Shown piece after piece: positions 48,890 through 57,646 of a stretch of DNA of 64,000 nucleotides (position 1 is its first letter; each line of letters opens with the position of its first letter). A program made the position numbers and the translations under genes. The notes under the pieces were generated by a model. That model was given only the letters and a program-made list of their open reading frames with translations. It searched no databases and had not been told where the DNA came from. The stretch is from positions 96,001-160,000 of IMG/VR virus record IMGVR_UViG_3300028591_000076, one strand, 5' to 3'. This DNA is from a virus (lineage: Duplodnaviria; Caudoviricetes).

Positions 48890-48921
48890 ATAGCCCTTAA
48901 TAGAATTATATTAAGGGCTAT
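48890..48921 (-). terminator. Hairpin downstream of hsp20
   Basis: TAGCCCTTAATA...TATTAAGGGCTA. Confidence 0.55.
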
Positions 48922-48933
48922 TTAGGTAAAGAG

Positions 48934-49464
48934 TTATTCTGAGTCTTTTTCAGTTACTTCTACATCTTCTGCGTCTTTCGCATTTGCAATCTGCTTTGGT
49001 TCTTCTTTCTTTCCAAAGAGAACGCGATTCTTAGCAAGTTTTTCATTGCATGGAACCATAATGCTGAAAATACCATTTTTCAAATCAACCGTTGCTTTAT
49101 CAGCATTAAAGTAAGTTGGGTCAATATAGAAAGAGATATCTGATGCTTCGCGAGAATATTTAATTCCGCCCTGAAGATACTTTCTCTTTTCTGTTGGCTG
49201 TTCTTTCTTTAATGTAACAGTAATATAGTTGTCTTTATAATCGCACTGAATTTCATCTTCAGTATAACCGGCAACTGCGCATTCAATATGAAGCGCGCCA
49301 TCTTCTGTTCTATAAATATCTGATTTTGGATAGTTAGATGAACAGATAGAATTTGTTACTTTAGTGGGAATATCACTAAAACCAATTGAGAAAAATGGAT
49401 CATTGAAAAATGAATCAAGAATAGAAGCTGCTGTTACAGCTGCGGGATAGTTACGATTACTCAT
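48934..49464 (-). CDS. Small heat-shock protein Hsp20/alpha-crystallin
   Basis: NYPKSDI, IECAVAGY, KYLQGGI, ATVDLKNGIFSI. Confidence 0.88.
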   Translation of the reverse strand: MSNRNYPAAVTAASILDSFFNDPFFSIGFSDIPTKVTNSICSSNYPKSDIYRTEDGALHIECAVAGYTEDEIQCDYKDNYITVTLKKEQPTEKRKYLQGGIKYSREASDISFYIDPTYFNADKATVDLKNGIFSIMVPCNEKLAKNRVLFGKKEEPKQIANAKDAEDVEVTEKDSE

Positions 49465-49484
49465 AGTACATCGTCCTTATAAAA

Positions 49485-49544
49485 TGTTACCCTATTATGA
49501 GCCCTAGGTAACTGGGCATCAATATCTCCCTCATACGAGGCGAG
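49485..49544 (-). promoter_or_regulatory. Structured hsp20 5' leader: hairpin plus H-type pseudoknot
   Basis: CTC(G)CCTC-GTAT-GAGG-GAG hairpin; then GCCC/GGGC stem whose loop GTTACC pairs with downstream GGTAAC. Confidence 0.6.
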
Positions 49545-49605
49545 TTTTTATATTAAAAAAGTATCCAAAATAGATTTGCAATACTTCTATAATATTCACA
49601 ATATT

Positions 49606-49648
49606 ATATGTAAATTAGTTACATTTTGCGTAAAACTAATTTACATAT
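49606..49648. repeat. Perfect 15-bp inverted repeat with 13-nt spacer
   Basis: ATATGTAAATTAGTT...AACTAATTTACATAT. Confidence 0.85.
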
Positions 49649-49661
49649 TAATTAGTACATT

Positions 49662-50351
49662 TTAAATAGTAGCATGCGGAGCCTTAAGTATGTGCGCCCA
49701 TTTTACTAAGCTATTATTATAAGGCTTTAGCTTTGTAATAAAATCTATAAAGTTAACCTTTTCTACAGGCTTATTAAATCGCTTTATATATATTTCCTCT
49801 GGATAAGTATCAGTTTCAATACTTTTTAGCATTTCTGCTCTTTCAAAATAATTATTCTTACTAGGTATTGCATCATAGTTAACACAGAAATAAGTTCCAA
49901 ATATACAAGCTATCTCATATGAATCATCAAACTTGCCAGACACTACAATTGCGGACCCATTAGAAACTTTAGAACTAATATCTTTTACGGGTATTTCGGT
50001 AAAAGTATCAATTTCTTCACCAAGCCATAAATTTATACCTTTAGCTAAAACCTCATGCACTTCCCAAGGCTTGAAACTATCAGAATAATGACCTTTATAG
50101 CCTTTATATAAAAGAGGCGCAGTATCCTTATAGATATTATCTATTTCATCGGAAGTTTCAAAAAAAGATAGCATTGCTTGACTTGGTCTATCACACATAC
50201 CAACTGGTAATACATAGCCCATTGCAGTAAGAGCTGAACAAATAACGCTACAAATTCTTTCATCTACTGGTATATTTTCATTAGATGATAAATCTAACTT
50301 TTTAGAAATATAATTTTCTGGACCTACTAAATTTAATTTTTCTATTTTCAT
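49662..50351 (-). CDS. Hypothetical protein, weak papain/C39-peptidase-like resemblance
   Basis: CSVICSAL...AIVVSG; no clear catalytic His. Confidence 0.35.
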   Translation of the reverse strand: MKIEKLNLVGPENYISKKLDLSSNENIPVDERICSVICSALTAMGYVLPVGMCDRPSQAMLSFFETSDEIDNIYKDTAPLLYKGYKGHYSDSFKPWEVHEVLAKGINLWLGEEIDTFTEIPVKDISSKVSNGSAIVVSGKFDDSYEIACIFGTYFCVNYDAIPSKNNYFERAEMLKSIETDTYPEEIYIKRFNKPVEKVNFIDFITKLKPYNNSLVKWAHILKAPHATI

Positions 50352-50459
50352 AAAATTATATTAGCATTCTATATTATTATATGGACTTTTACATATTTTA
50401 ATTATAGATAAAAATAATAGTCTAATCGTTAATTTTTAAATACTTAGGATTTTAATTAT

Positions 50460-52268
50460 ATGTATGTTAGAGAAGATGTATTAGCCGATCAAGCTAGATG
50501 TTGGGCTAGAGATAACTTATCAGAAAATTTTGAATTTAGACAGTACCAATTAGAAACAATTATAATGATACTACAAAATGCGCTTAATAATAGTAAAGTA
50601 CAAGTTATGGAAGCGCCAACTGGCTCAGGAAAGTCATATATTGGTATTATTGTTGCTGGAGTACTTTGGACATATTATAAAAAGCGTTCTTATATTTTAG
50701 CATCTGACCTAGCGCTCTATAAGCAGTATGAAGATACTATAAAAAAATTTAACTTACCATGGGGTATGTTAAAAGGTCAGGATAATTATATTTGTCAAAG
50801 AAATGGTCATCAAGTAAGTATGGGACATTGTAAGTTAAATCAAGTAAGTTTTGCAAGAATTGCTAACCTTGAAAAAAGTGCTTCTTTTGGTTATGCCTGT
50901 GGAAGTTCATGTCAATACGTTTTAGATTTAATTAATGCAGCTAAAGCGCCAGTTACATTGCTAACATATGCTTTATATTTTATTAAGGTTGTTGGCAATA
51001 GAAATAGCGTTTCTCCTATACCAGATTCAGTTAACTTAACTTTAGGTATAAGAGATTTTATTGTATGTGATGAAGCTCATAACTTACCAAGTTTAGTACA
51101 GCAGCATTTTTCGCCAGATATTGATAAAGAAAATCTTAAATTTGTTGATACTATAAATGAATTTGCAGAAAATAATAATGACCATATCAGCTCATCAGAT
51201 ACTATTAAAGAAGTGATTGATTATGCTATAAAGTTTAGTAATCTTAGAAACTTTAATGCTGAAGGCTTAAAACTCTGCTCTACTCGTATAGAACAAATAT
51301 TATCATCTTTAAATAATTATGCTAATGAAGTATTATTACCTGCAGTTAAAACCTGGACTGGCGATGATAAAAAAGAAGCTGCAAAATATGTAAATGCAGC
51401 AGGTACTTTATCTGATTTATATACAAGATTTCAGGTATTTAATGAACTTATAAATACTTATTCTGAAAAAGCAATAGTATCATCGATAAATAAGTCTGGA
51501 CAGGGATTTAAGTTAAATTGCGCTTATGAAGATAAATTAATTTATAATTATTTTCATAAAAAAACAAATTGTGAACTTCTTATGTCTGCAACAATTGGTG
51601 ATTTGGATGTCTATAAATGTTTAATTGGCGCTTCTAATTATACTGGTAATGATTTTTGTCCAATAGAAGTTCCTAGTACTTTTGATTTTTCAAAGTCTCC
51701 AATTTATTATAGTACAAAATATAAAATGAGTATGAACGAAAAAGCCAATTCAATGCCTCACATAATAGGTAGAGTAATAGATATCTGTAATAAAAATAGT
51801 AATGTTCGAGGTATTATACATACGGGCTCATATGAAATTTCTACTGCATTTTATAACGCTCTTCCTAATAGTATTAGATATAGAATTATAAATTATTCTA
51901 GCTCACGTGATAAGCGACAGGCGCTTCAAAGATTTATAAACTCAAAAAATGGTATTTTAGTTGGGCCTAGCTTAATTGAAGGATTATCATTTGACCATGA
52001 TTTGTGTAGATTTAATATTTTTATGAAATTACCATATGCGTCTTTAGGCGATAATCTTGTAGTAGCTAAAATGAAGCTTTTCCCAGACTGGTATTCATTA
52101 GATGTATGTTCTAGACTTGACCAGGGTATTGGTCGTGGCGTAAGAGCTCCAGATGACTGGTGTGTTACTTATATTCTTGATGGATGTATTGATAATATAA
52201 TAAATAGTCCTAACCAAGTTAGGAATTTATGTAAAACAACACGTGAAAGACTCGTAAAATTGGATTAA
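50460..52268 (+). CDS. DinG/XPD-family SF2 helicase with Fe-S cysteines
   Basis: FRQYQ, EAPTGSGKS, LKGQDNYIC, DEAH, MSAT, EGLSF, KLPY, QGIGRGVR. Confidence 0.9.
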   Translation: MYVREDVLADQARCWARDNLSENFEFRQYQLETIIMILQNALNNSKVQVMEAPTGSGKSYIGIIVAGVLWTYYKKRSYILASDLALYKQYEDTIKKFNLPWGMLKGQDNYICQRNGHQVSMGHCKLNQVSFARIANLEKSASFGYACGSSCQYVLDLINAAKAPVTLLTYALYFIKVVGNRNSVSPIPDSVNLTLGIRDFIVCDEAHNLPSLVQQHFSPDIDKENLKFVDTINEFAENNNDHISSSDTIKEVIDYAIKFSNLRNFNAEGLKLCSTRIEQILSSLNNYANEVLLPAVKTWTGDDKKEAAKYVNAAGTLSDLYTRFQVFNELINTYSEKAIVSSINKSGQGFKLNCAYEDKLIYNYFHKKTNCELLMSATIGDLDVYKCLIGASNYTGNDFCPIEVPSTFDFSKSPIYYSTKYKMSMNEKANSMPHIIGRVIDICNKNSNVRGIIHTGSYEISTAFYNALPNSIRYRIINYSSSRDKRQALQRFINSKNGILVGPSLIEGLSFDHDLCRFNIFMKLPYASLGDNLVVAKMKLFPDWYSLDVCSRLDQGIGRGVRAPDDWCVTYILDGCIDNIINSPNQVRNLCKTTRERLVKLD

Positions 52269-52271
52269 ATA

Positions 52272-53543
52272 ATGAATGTAGACACACATGATAATGATAT
52301 AGGAAAATATTCTTTTCCAACAAAGTTTGATAAAGAGCCAGTATCTTCTATTATAATTCTTCAAAAATTGTTTGAGGATAATGTTTATACTGAACAGAAG
52401 TTAAATAAAGCAAGAAGACTATTAAAGTTACCAAAGAAAATGGATAACTTATATGTTTGTATTTTGCTAGAGTTTGTATTATATGATACTGGACATTATA
52501 AAAGTGCATATGAATTTCCCGCATTTCCTTTTGCCCTTTGCGAAAAGGCATTATTAGATTTAACGGATATGGGATATCTTGTTAGGTCGGATAATCCAAA
52601 TAATTATGATGGCGTTATACCAGAATATGCTTTAGCATCTGATTTATTAAAAAACTTAATAAATAATGGCAATCTTAGTAAGGCTAAGTCTAACATGCCA
52701 TTAAAAAATAATAAAATAAAAAATAAATATTTACTAGACCATAATAAAATTAAAAAAGTTGATCTTATCTATGAAAATGATTTAGTAAAAGACTTAAATA
52801 GAATTTCAGAAATACTTGAAGCTGATAATTTAAAGAATATTCAAAGTCGTATTTTAGAGGATAATCAGCATAATGGTATTTGTATTTCTTTTTATGGTCC
52901 TAGTGGTACTGGTAAAACAGAAAAAATTTTACAGCTAGCTAAAGATAGTAAACGAGATGTATATAATTATAAAATTGCTGATACAGAGTCAAAATATTGT
53001 GGTGAAAAACAAAGAATTATAAATGAAATGTTTGACGAATTTAAGCGTATCAGAAATAATTATATTAAGGATAATTTACCTGAGCCTATTTTAGTCTTAA
53101 ATGAAGCGGACGCACTTTTTTCTAAAAGGCATGATGATTCAGATACAGTAGGTTCAACTGCTAATAGAGAAAATAATCAAATGCAAGCTGAACTATTAGA
53201 TCATATAGAAAACTTTGATGGTGTTTTATTTATTACTACTAATAAAATCCAAAACTTCGATGATGCAATGGAACGAAGACTTTTATTTAAAATAAAATTT
53301 GATAGGCCATCTAGGAATATTCAAAAACAAATTTGGAAAAATAAATTTCCAACACTAGAAGACTCTGATATAGATAATATTGTTGATAAATATAATTTTA
53401 CTGGTGGTAATATAAATAATGTTAAAAAGAAAATTAGCATTGAATATATATTAAGTGGCCGAAAAGATAATATAAATGATATATATGATAATTGTAAAAA
53501 TGAGGAGATAGACACCAAAAATAAAAAAACTATTGGTTTCTAA
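52272..53543 (+). CDS. AAA+ ATPase
   Basis: YGPSGTGKT, VLNEADALF, ITTN, DDAMERR, TGGNI, terminal IGF. Confidence 0.9.
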   Translation: MNVDTHDNDIGKYSFPTKFDKEPVSSIIILQKLFEDNVYTEQKLNKARRLLKLPKKMDNLYVCILLEFVLYDTGHYKSAYEFPAFPFALCEKALLDLTDMGYLVRSDNPNNYDGVIPEYALASDLLKNLINNGNLSKAKSNMPLKNNKIKNKYLLDHNKIKKVDLIYENDLVKDLNRISEILEADNLKNIQSRILEDNQHNGICISFYGPSGTGKTEKILQLAKDSKRDVYNYKIADTESKYCGEKQRIINEMFDEFKRIRNNYIKDNLPEPILVLNEADALFSKRHDDSDTVGSTANRENNQMQAELLDHIENFDGVLFITTNKIQNFDDAMERRLLFKIKFDRPSRNIQKQIWKNKFPTLEDSDIDNIVDKYNFTGGNINNVKKKISIEYILSGRKDNINDIYDNCKNEEIDTKNKKTIGF

Positions 53544-53552
53544 ATAAAATTT

Positions 53553-54182
53553 ATGGTAGTAATTTTCGATTCAGTTGATGCAATAGGTAAAGATACACAA
53601 ATAGAAAGACTAGTACAGTCTGCTCATAAAAAAGGTATTATTACGCATATTTTGCATTATTCAAACATTAAGGGACTTGATAACGATAATAAAAATAATT
53701 TCAGAGAATCTTCTGGCGTACATGATTTTTCTAAAGTTCGTGATTTATCAGTTAAGCAGTATCAATCAATATTTACTTTTATGAGAGATGTTGCTATTCC
53801 ATCAAAAGACCTATTTATTTATAATAGAGCACATTTATCAGAATATGTGTATTCACCAATGTATAGAAATTATGATGGATATTATGTATTTGCTCTAGAA
53901 AAAACTATATTAGCAGATAAGTTGTCTGATAATATTTATCTTTTCTCTTTTATAGATGATCCTAAAAGAATAATTGAAAGAGATATAGCTCGTGGTGATG
54001 GTCAGTCTTTTTCATTAGATTTTGATAAAAAACAAGAAGAGCTGAACAGATTCAAAGAAGCATTTAATTTATCTGGAATTTCTAAAAAATATTTAATTGA
54101 TATTGAAGGTAAAACTATTGATGACGTTGCAAGCAAAATTGATTATGCTGTTTTTGATAATTATGGAGAGATAACATGGTAA
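53553..54182 (+). CDS. Thymidylate-kinase-like dNMP kinase
   Basis: Degenerate P-loop DSVDAIGKDT; NRAHLSEYVY. Confidence 0.7.
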   Translation: MVVIFDSVDAIGKDTQIERLVQSAHKKGIITHILHYSNIKGLDNDNKNNFRESSGVHDFSKVRDLSVKQYQSIFTFMRDVAIPSKDLFIYNRAHLSEYVYSPMYRNYDGYYVFALEKTILADKLSDNIYLFSFIDDPKRIIERDIARGDGQSFSLDFDKKQEELNRFKEAFNLSGISKKYLIDIEGKTIDDVASKIDYAVFDNYGEITW

Positions 54183-55039
54183 AGTTTAAGGCTATAATAG
54201 CCATGGATAAAAATGGCTTAATTGGAAAAGATGACCAGCTACCTTGGGGAGTTGGTAATCCAGATACTACATGGGATATGGATAATTTTAAGAGTATGAC
54301 CTCTAATAAAATTGTTATTATGGGATACAATACTTTTAAGGGATTTAAGCGTCCACTAAAAAATAGGCTTAATTTAGTTTTAGCGCGACCTTCTGAAGGA
54401 GAACAATTTTATTCGCTCAAAGAAGATAAACCAGTTTTAAGACATATCGGAGAAAGATTAGATAAAGATTCTAAAGCTTATAAAGAAGCTATAGAAGATG
54501 AAAATGCTTATTTTAATGAGTCACCTAGTAGCCTTGTTAATGATGGTATTATGGTAATGCCATACCAAAATGAAAATAAAAATAATGACTTTTCAAATAA
54601 AGTTAATATGACAGACTATAATATTGATAAGCTATTAAGTTTTATACCAGTAGAAACTTTTGATTATAGATTTATTTATATAGATAAAGCAAAGTTACTT
54701 AATGATGATATAAGAAAAAATAATTTTGAACACTTAAATATCAATTATAAAGCTGCTAAAGATTTATTTATATCATCCTATAAAAACTCTGGCCAAAATA
54801 ATGATTCATATACAAAAATAAAAGATTTTAATCCATCAGAAGTTTTTATAATTGGTGGAAAGAAAACTTATGAACAGTGTATTAATTTTATAGATGAGTT
54901 TTATGTAACTGAGTTCGATAAAAGCTATGAAGGTAATATTTATTTCGATAAAAGCCTTCTTAAAAAATTTAAGAAGTCAGAAACTATTTTTACAGAGCCA
55001 AATGGACTAGGAAAAATAGTAAGATATTATAATGACTGA
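54176..55039 (+). CDS. folA: Dihydrofolate reductase with ~120-aa insertion
   Basis: IGKDDQLPW, DMDNFK, IMGYNTF, RPLKNRLN; C-terminal FIIGG...YVTEF...GNIYF. Confidence 0.85.
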   Translation: MVKFKAIIAMDKNGLIGKDDQLPWGVGNPDTTWDMDNFKSMTSNKIVIMGYNTFKGFKRPLKNRLNLVLARPSEGEQFYSLKEDKPVLRHIGERLDKDSKAYKEAIEDENAYFNESPSSLVNDGIMVMPYQNENKNNDFSNKVNMTDYNIDKLLSFIPVETFDYRFIYIDKAKLLNDDIRKNNFEHLNINYKAAKDLFISSYKNSGQNNDSYTKIKDFNPSEVFIIGGKKTYEQCINFIDEFYVTEFDKSYEGNIYFDKSLLKKFKKSETIFTEPNGLGKIVRYYND

Positions 55040-55280
55040 GTACTTTAAGTTCATAAATACTATTATTTTAGAAAATAGGATAAAAAAGCCTGGTATGTTA
55101 TATTATAAACATCATATCTTACCCCGTAATATTTATCCTCTTCTTAAAAATAAAAGGTGGAATATAGTTTTGCTTACATATAATGAGCATAGAAAAGCTC
55201 ATGAATTATTAGCTAAAGAAACTATGGGAATATGTAAGCAAAAGATGGAAAGGTCCTATAATCAGTATTTTAGGAGCTAA
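55032..55280 (+). CDS. Minimal/truncated HNH nuclease
   Basis: KHHILP...NIVLLTYNEHRKAH. Confidence 0.65.
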   Translation: MTEYFKFINTIILENRIKKPGMLYYKHHILPRNIYPLLKNKRWNIVLLTYNEHRKAHELLAKETMGICKQKMERSYNQYFRS

Positions 55281-55281
55281 T

Positions 55282-55683
55282 ATGAAAAAAATAAATTATA
55301 AAATATATAGAGCTCATGTGGATTTATATCGTCCAACATTTGGGAAATATCATGCGTATCAAAATACTTATTTTCCAACTACAGAATTAAGAAATAGACC
55401 TAGTGAAGGCTCCTATTATGTAAAAGCTATAAATGAACAAAATGCAAAAAGCTTAATAAGGCAAAAAATAGGAAAATTTGGTAGTATAGATGTAATATAT
55501 GACATTACTGAATGGGTATTAAATTCAACTGTTGGCCCATTTAAAATTGATTTAACAAACCCTGGACAAAGGGACTATATGTACTTAAAAAATGTACTAA
55601 AGCCGGAAACAGTTATTAGGTATAGTGATTTATCTAATATTGCAAAGGATTTTTATGGGATAAAAGAAGAAAATGAAGAATAA
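55282..55683 (+). CDS. Hypothetical protein
   Basis: SD AGGAG; operon position. Confidence 0.55.
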   Translation: MKKINYKIYRAHVDLYRPTFGKYHAYQNTYFPTTELRNRPSEGSYYVKAINEQNAKSLIRQKIGKFGSIDVIYDITEWVLNSTVGPFKIDLTNPGQRDYMYLKNVLKPETVIRYSDLSNIAKDFYGIKEENEE

Positions 55684-55960
55684 GTATTTTATTTCCTGGC
55701 AATATTCCTATGAAGATTATCCTACGGATAGGTTCGAGAAAATTACATATCATGGGTTAAAATTTACTAAGATTTCCAGGCCTTTTATTTATAATGGCAA
55801 TAGTAAATCAATTGTTGAGTTAGATAATACTATGCCATCTGTAGAATGGGAACGATTTATTAGAAACTTTGAAAGTGAAAAAGAAAAAGCCATTTTAGCA
55901 CAAAATATCAACCATCGTGAACATGTTCAAGTTTCAGTTGTTAGTATCAATAAATTATAA
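55673..55960 (+). CDS. Hypothetical protein
   Basis: Overlapping operon ORF ending at a terminator. Confidence 0.5.
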   Translation: MKNKYFISWQYSYEDYPTDRFEKITYHGLKFTKISRPFIYNGNSKSIVELDNTMPSVEWERFIRNFESEKEKAILAQNINHREHVQVSVVSINKL

Positions 55961-55986
55961 AAAAAGCACACTTAATAGTGTGCTTT
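55959..55986. terminator. Bidirectional terminator
   Basis: AAAGCACACT-TAAT-AGTGTGCTTT. Confidence 0.8.
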
Positions 55987-56006
55987 CTTATTTTTAAAAA
56001 TACATT

Positions 56007-57608
56007 TTAGTCATGTTCTCTTTCAGCGCAAGATGGACAAAAGTGCTCACCATTTATATAATTGTCAGACTCAGCGTCTAATTCCATTCCACAATTGGCG
56101 CATTCTATATTATGTCCATATTCTTTTTTATAATAATTATTATCTTCGTCAAAGTTACTATTTGACTCAGCTAAACGAGCTTTTTCAGCCATATTATATA
56201 TTGATTCAAATCTCTTAGCATACCTATTATTTGATGTATAAGCATTAAATCTTCTATATAAATCTTCGCTTGGTATACTATTAGTAATAGCTGATATTAT
56301 CTCATTATGACTTCCATTAATATTTAGACTATTTGCTAATTCATCAATTTTTCTAACTTGTTCTATGTACTCAATAATCTTGTCGGTATCATAATTATTT
56401 CTTAAGAATTCGCCATCTCTATTTAGCCTATTAGCTCTAAGCATTTTCTTAAATATATCACTTAATACTAAAACATGACCACTACGATAATCCATTGGTA
56501 CACCATAACCAGTATCAACATTTAATGGATATTTTTCTGTCCTACCACTCTTTCCTAACTCAATATTATAATACCATAATAAGGAGTTTAGGATATTTAT
56601 CATTTTAGCCCTATTTTTAGTACTTATATAATTTGGCTTAAATGTTCTGGCTAGGTCAACTATTTGTTCTATATTTGCTTTATAAGCAGCTTCTTCTTTC
56701 TCTTGTGCTTCTTTTCTAGCTTTTTCTCTTGCTAATCTATCTTTCTCAACACTTTCTAATACAATAGCTTCTGCATTCTTAACCTTAGATAATAATTCTT
56801 CCGCATCCATTGTTGACTTAAGTAAGTTATCTATTTCGTCATCTTCTATTGTATCATCATTAATCTTGTCATTAAAGAAATCAACTATTTTGCTAACTTG
56901 TATTCGGTCATTTGAAAGATTTGCTAAGAGTTTATTTTTATCTTTACCCTTATCTATATCACCATTTTCCTTTATACCATTAGCTAGTCTAATATGATAA
57001 TTTATTTTTAAAAATATATCTTCACTTGCTGTTTTTTGTTTTATCTTCTTAGTTATTTTACGTGCATTTATAACGGCATTTGTATCATTCCTATAATTAT
57101 GGTAAGTTTCATAAATATCGTACCACTCACCAAAATCTTTAAGTGCTTCAGGATTATGTAAGTTTACCTGTATACCACCACAACAAGTTCTTCTTAATTT
57201 AGGGTCCTCACCTCTACCTTTATCCCAGCCTGTTGCAGCTTGCATAATAGCTTCACAAATACATTTTATTACTTCAGATTTTTCTTTGCTACCATCTATA
57301 CCTTTTATTCTACTAGCGCCTACGCCATCTTTTTTATAATAAATGTCATCATCATAAATAGCATTAGCTGCTTCTAGAACACTATCAAATGTATTTTTTT
57401 CTATATTACCTTTCTCATCTGCTGGACTTATGAGTTCAACTTTTAAGTCTGCACTAAAAAGGTCTGGCGAATAAGGCGCATCTAATGGCTCAAATTTATT
57501 TGGGTCATATGCATTCTTTAATTTTTCTACATCTACATCAGTTATCTTTGATGACTTTTTAGCTTTAGCTACTACAGCCTCATTATAAATTGCTTCAAAA
57601 ATTTCCAT
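56007..57608 (-). CDS. Hypothetical protein with C-terminal Zn finger (possible internal head protein)
   Basis: N-terminus MEIFEAIYNEAV; CANC...CPSC; GCTAATT upstream. Confidence 0.55.
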   Translation of the reverse strand: MEIFEAIYNEAVVAKAKKSSKITDVDVEKLKNAYDPNKFEPLDAPYSPDLFSADLKVELISPADEKGNIEKNTFDSVLEAANAIYDDDIYYKKDGVGASRIKGIDGSKEKSEVIKCICEAIMQAATGWDKGRGEDPKLRRTCCGGIQVNLHNPEALKDFGEWYDIYETYHNYRNDTNAVINARKITKKIKQKTASEDIFLKINYHIRLANGIKENGDIDKGKDKNKLLANLSNDRIQVSKIVDFFNDKINDDTIEDDEIDNLLKSTMDAEELLSKVKNAEAIVLESVEKDRLAREKARKEAQEKEEAAYKANIEQIVDLARTFKPNYISTKNRAKMINILNSLLWYYNIELGKSGRTEKYPLNVDTGYGVPMDYRSGHVLVLSDIFKKMLRANRLNRDGEFLRNNYDTDKIIEYIEQVRKIDELANSLNINGSHNEIISAITNSIPSEDLYRRFNAYTSNNRYAKRFESIYNMAEKARLAESNSNFDEDNNYYKKEYGHNIECANCGMELDAESDNYINGEHFCPSCAEREHD

Positions 57609-57646
57609 ATATAAAATTCCTATATCTAATTAGCTTAATTATTATT

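Noticed and set aside
49606-49648. CIRCE heat-shock operator
   Set aside because: The arms do not match TTAGCACTC-N9-GAGTGCTAA
50460-53543. Type IV CRISPR (CasDinG) or a defence island
   Set aside because: No cas genes or array nearby; the context is a DNA and nucleotide metabolism operon
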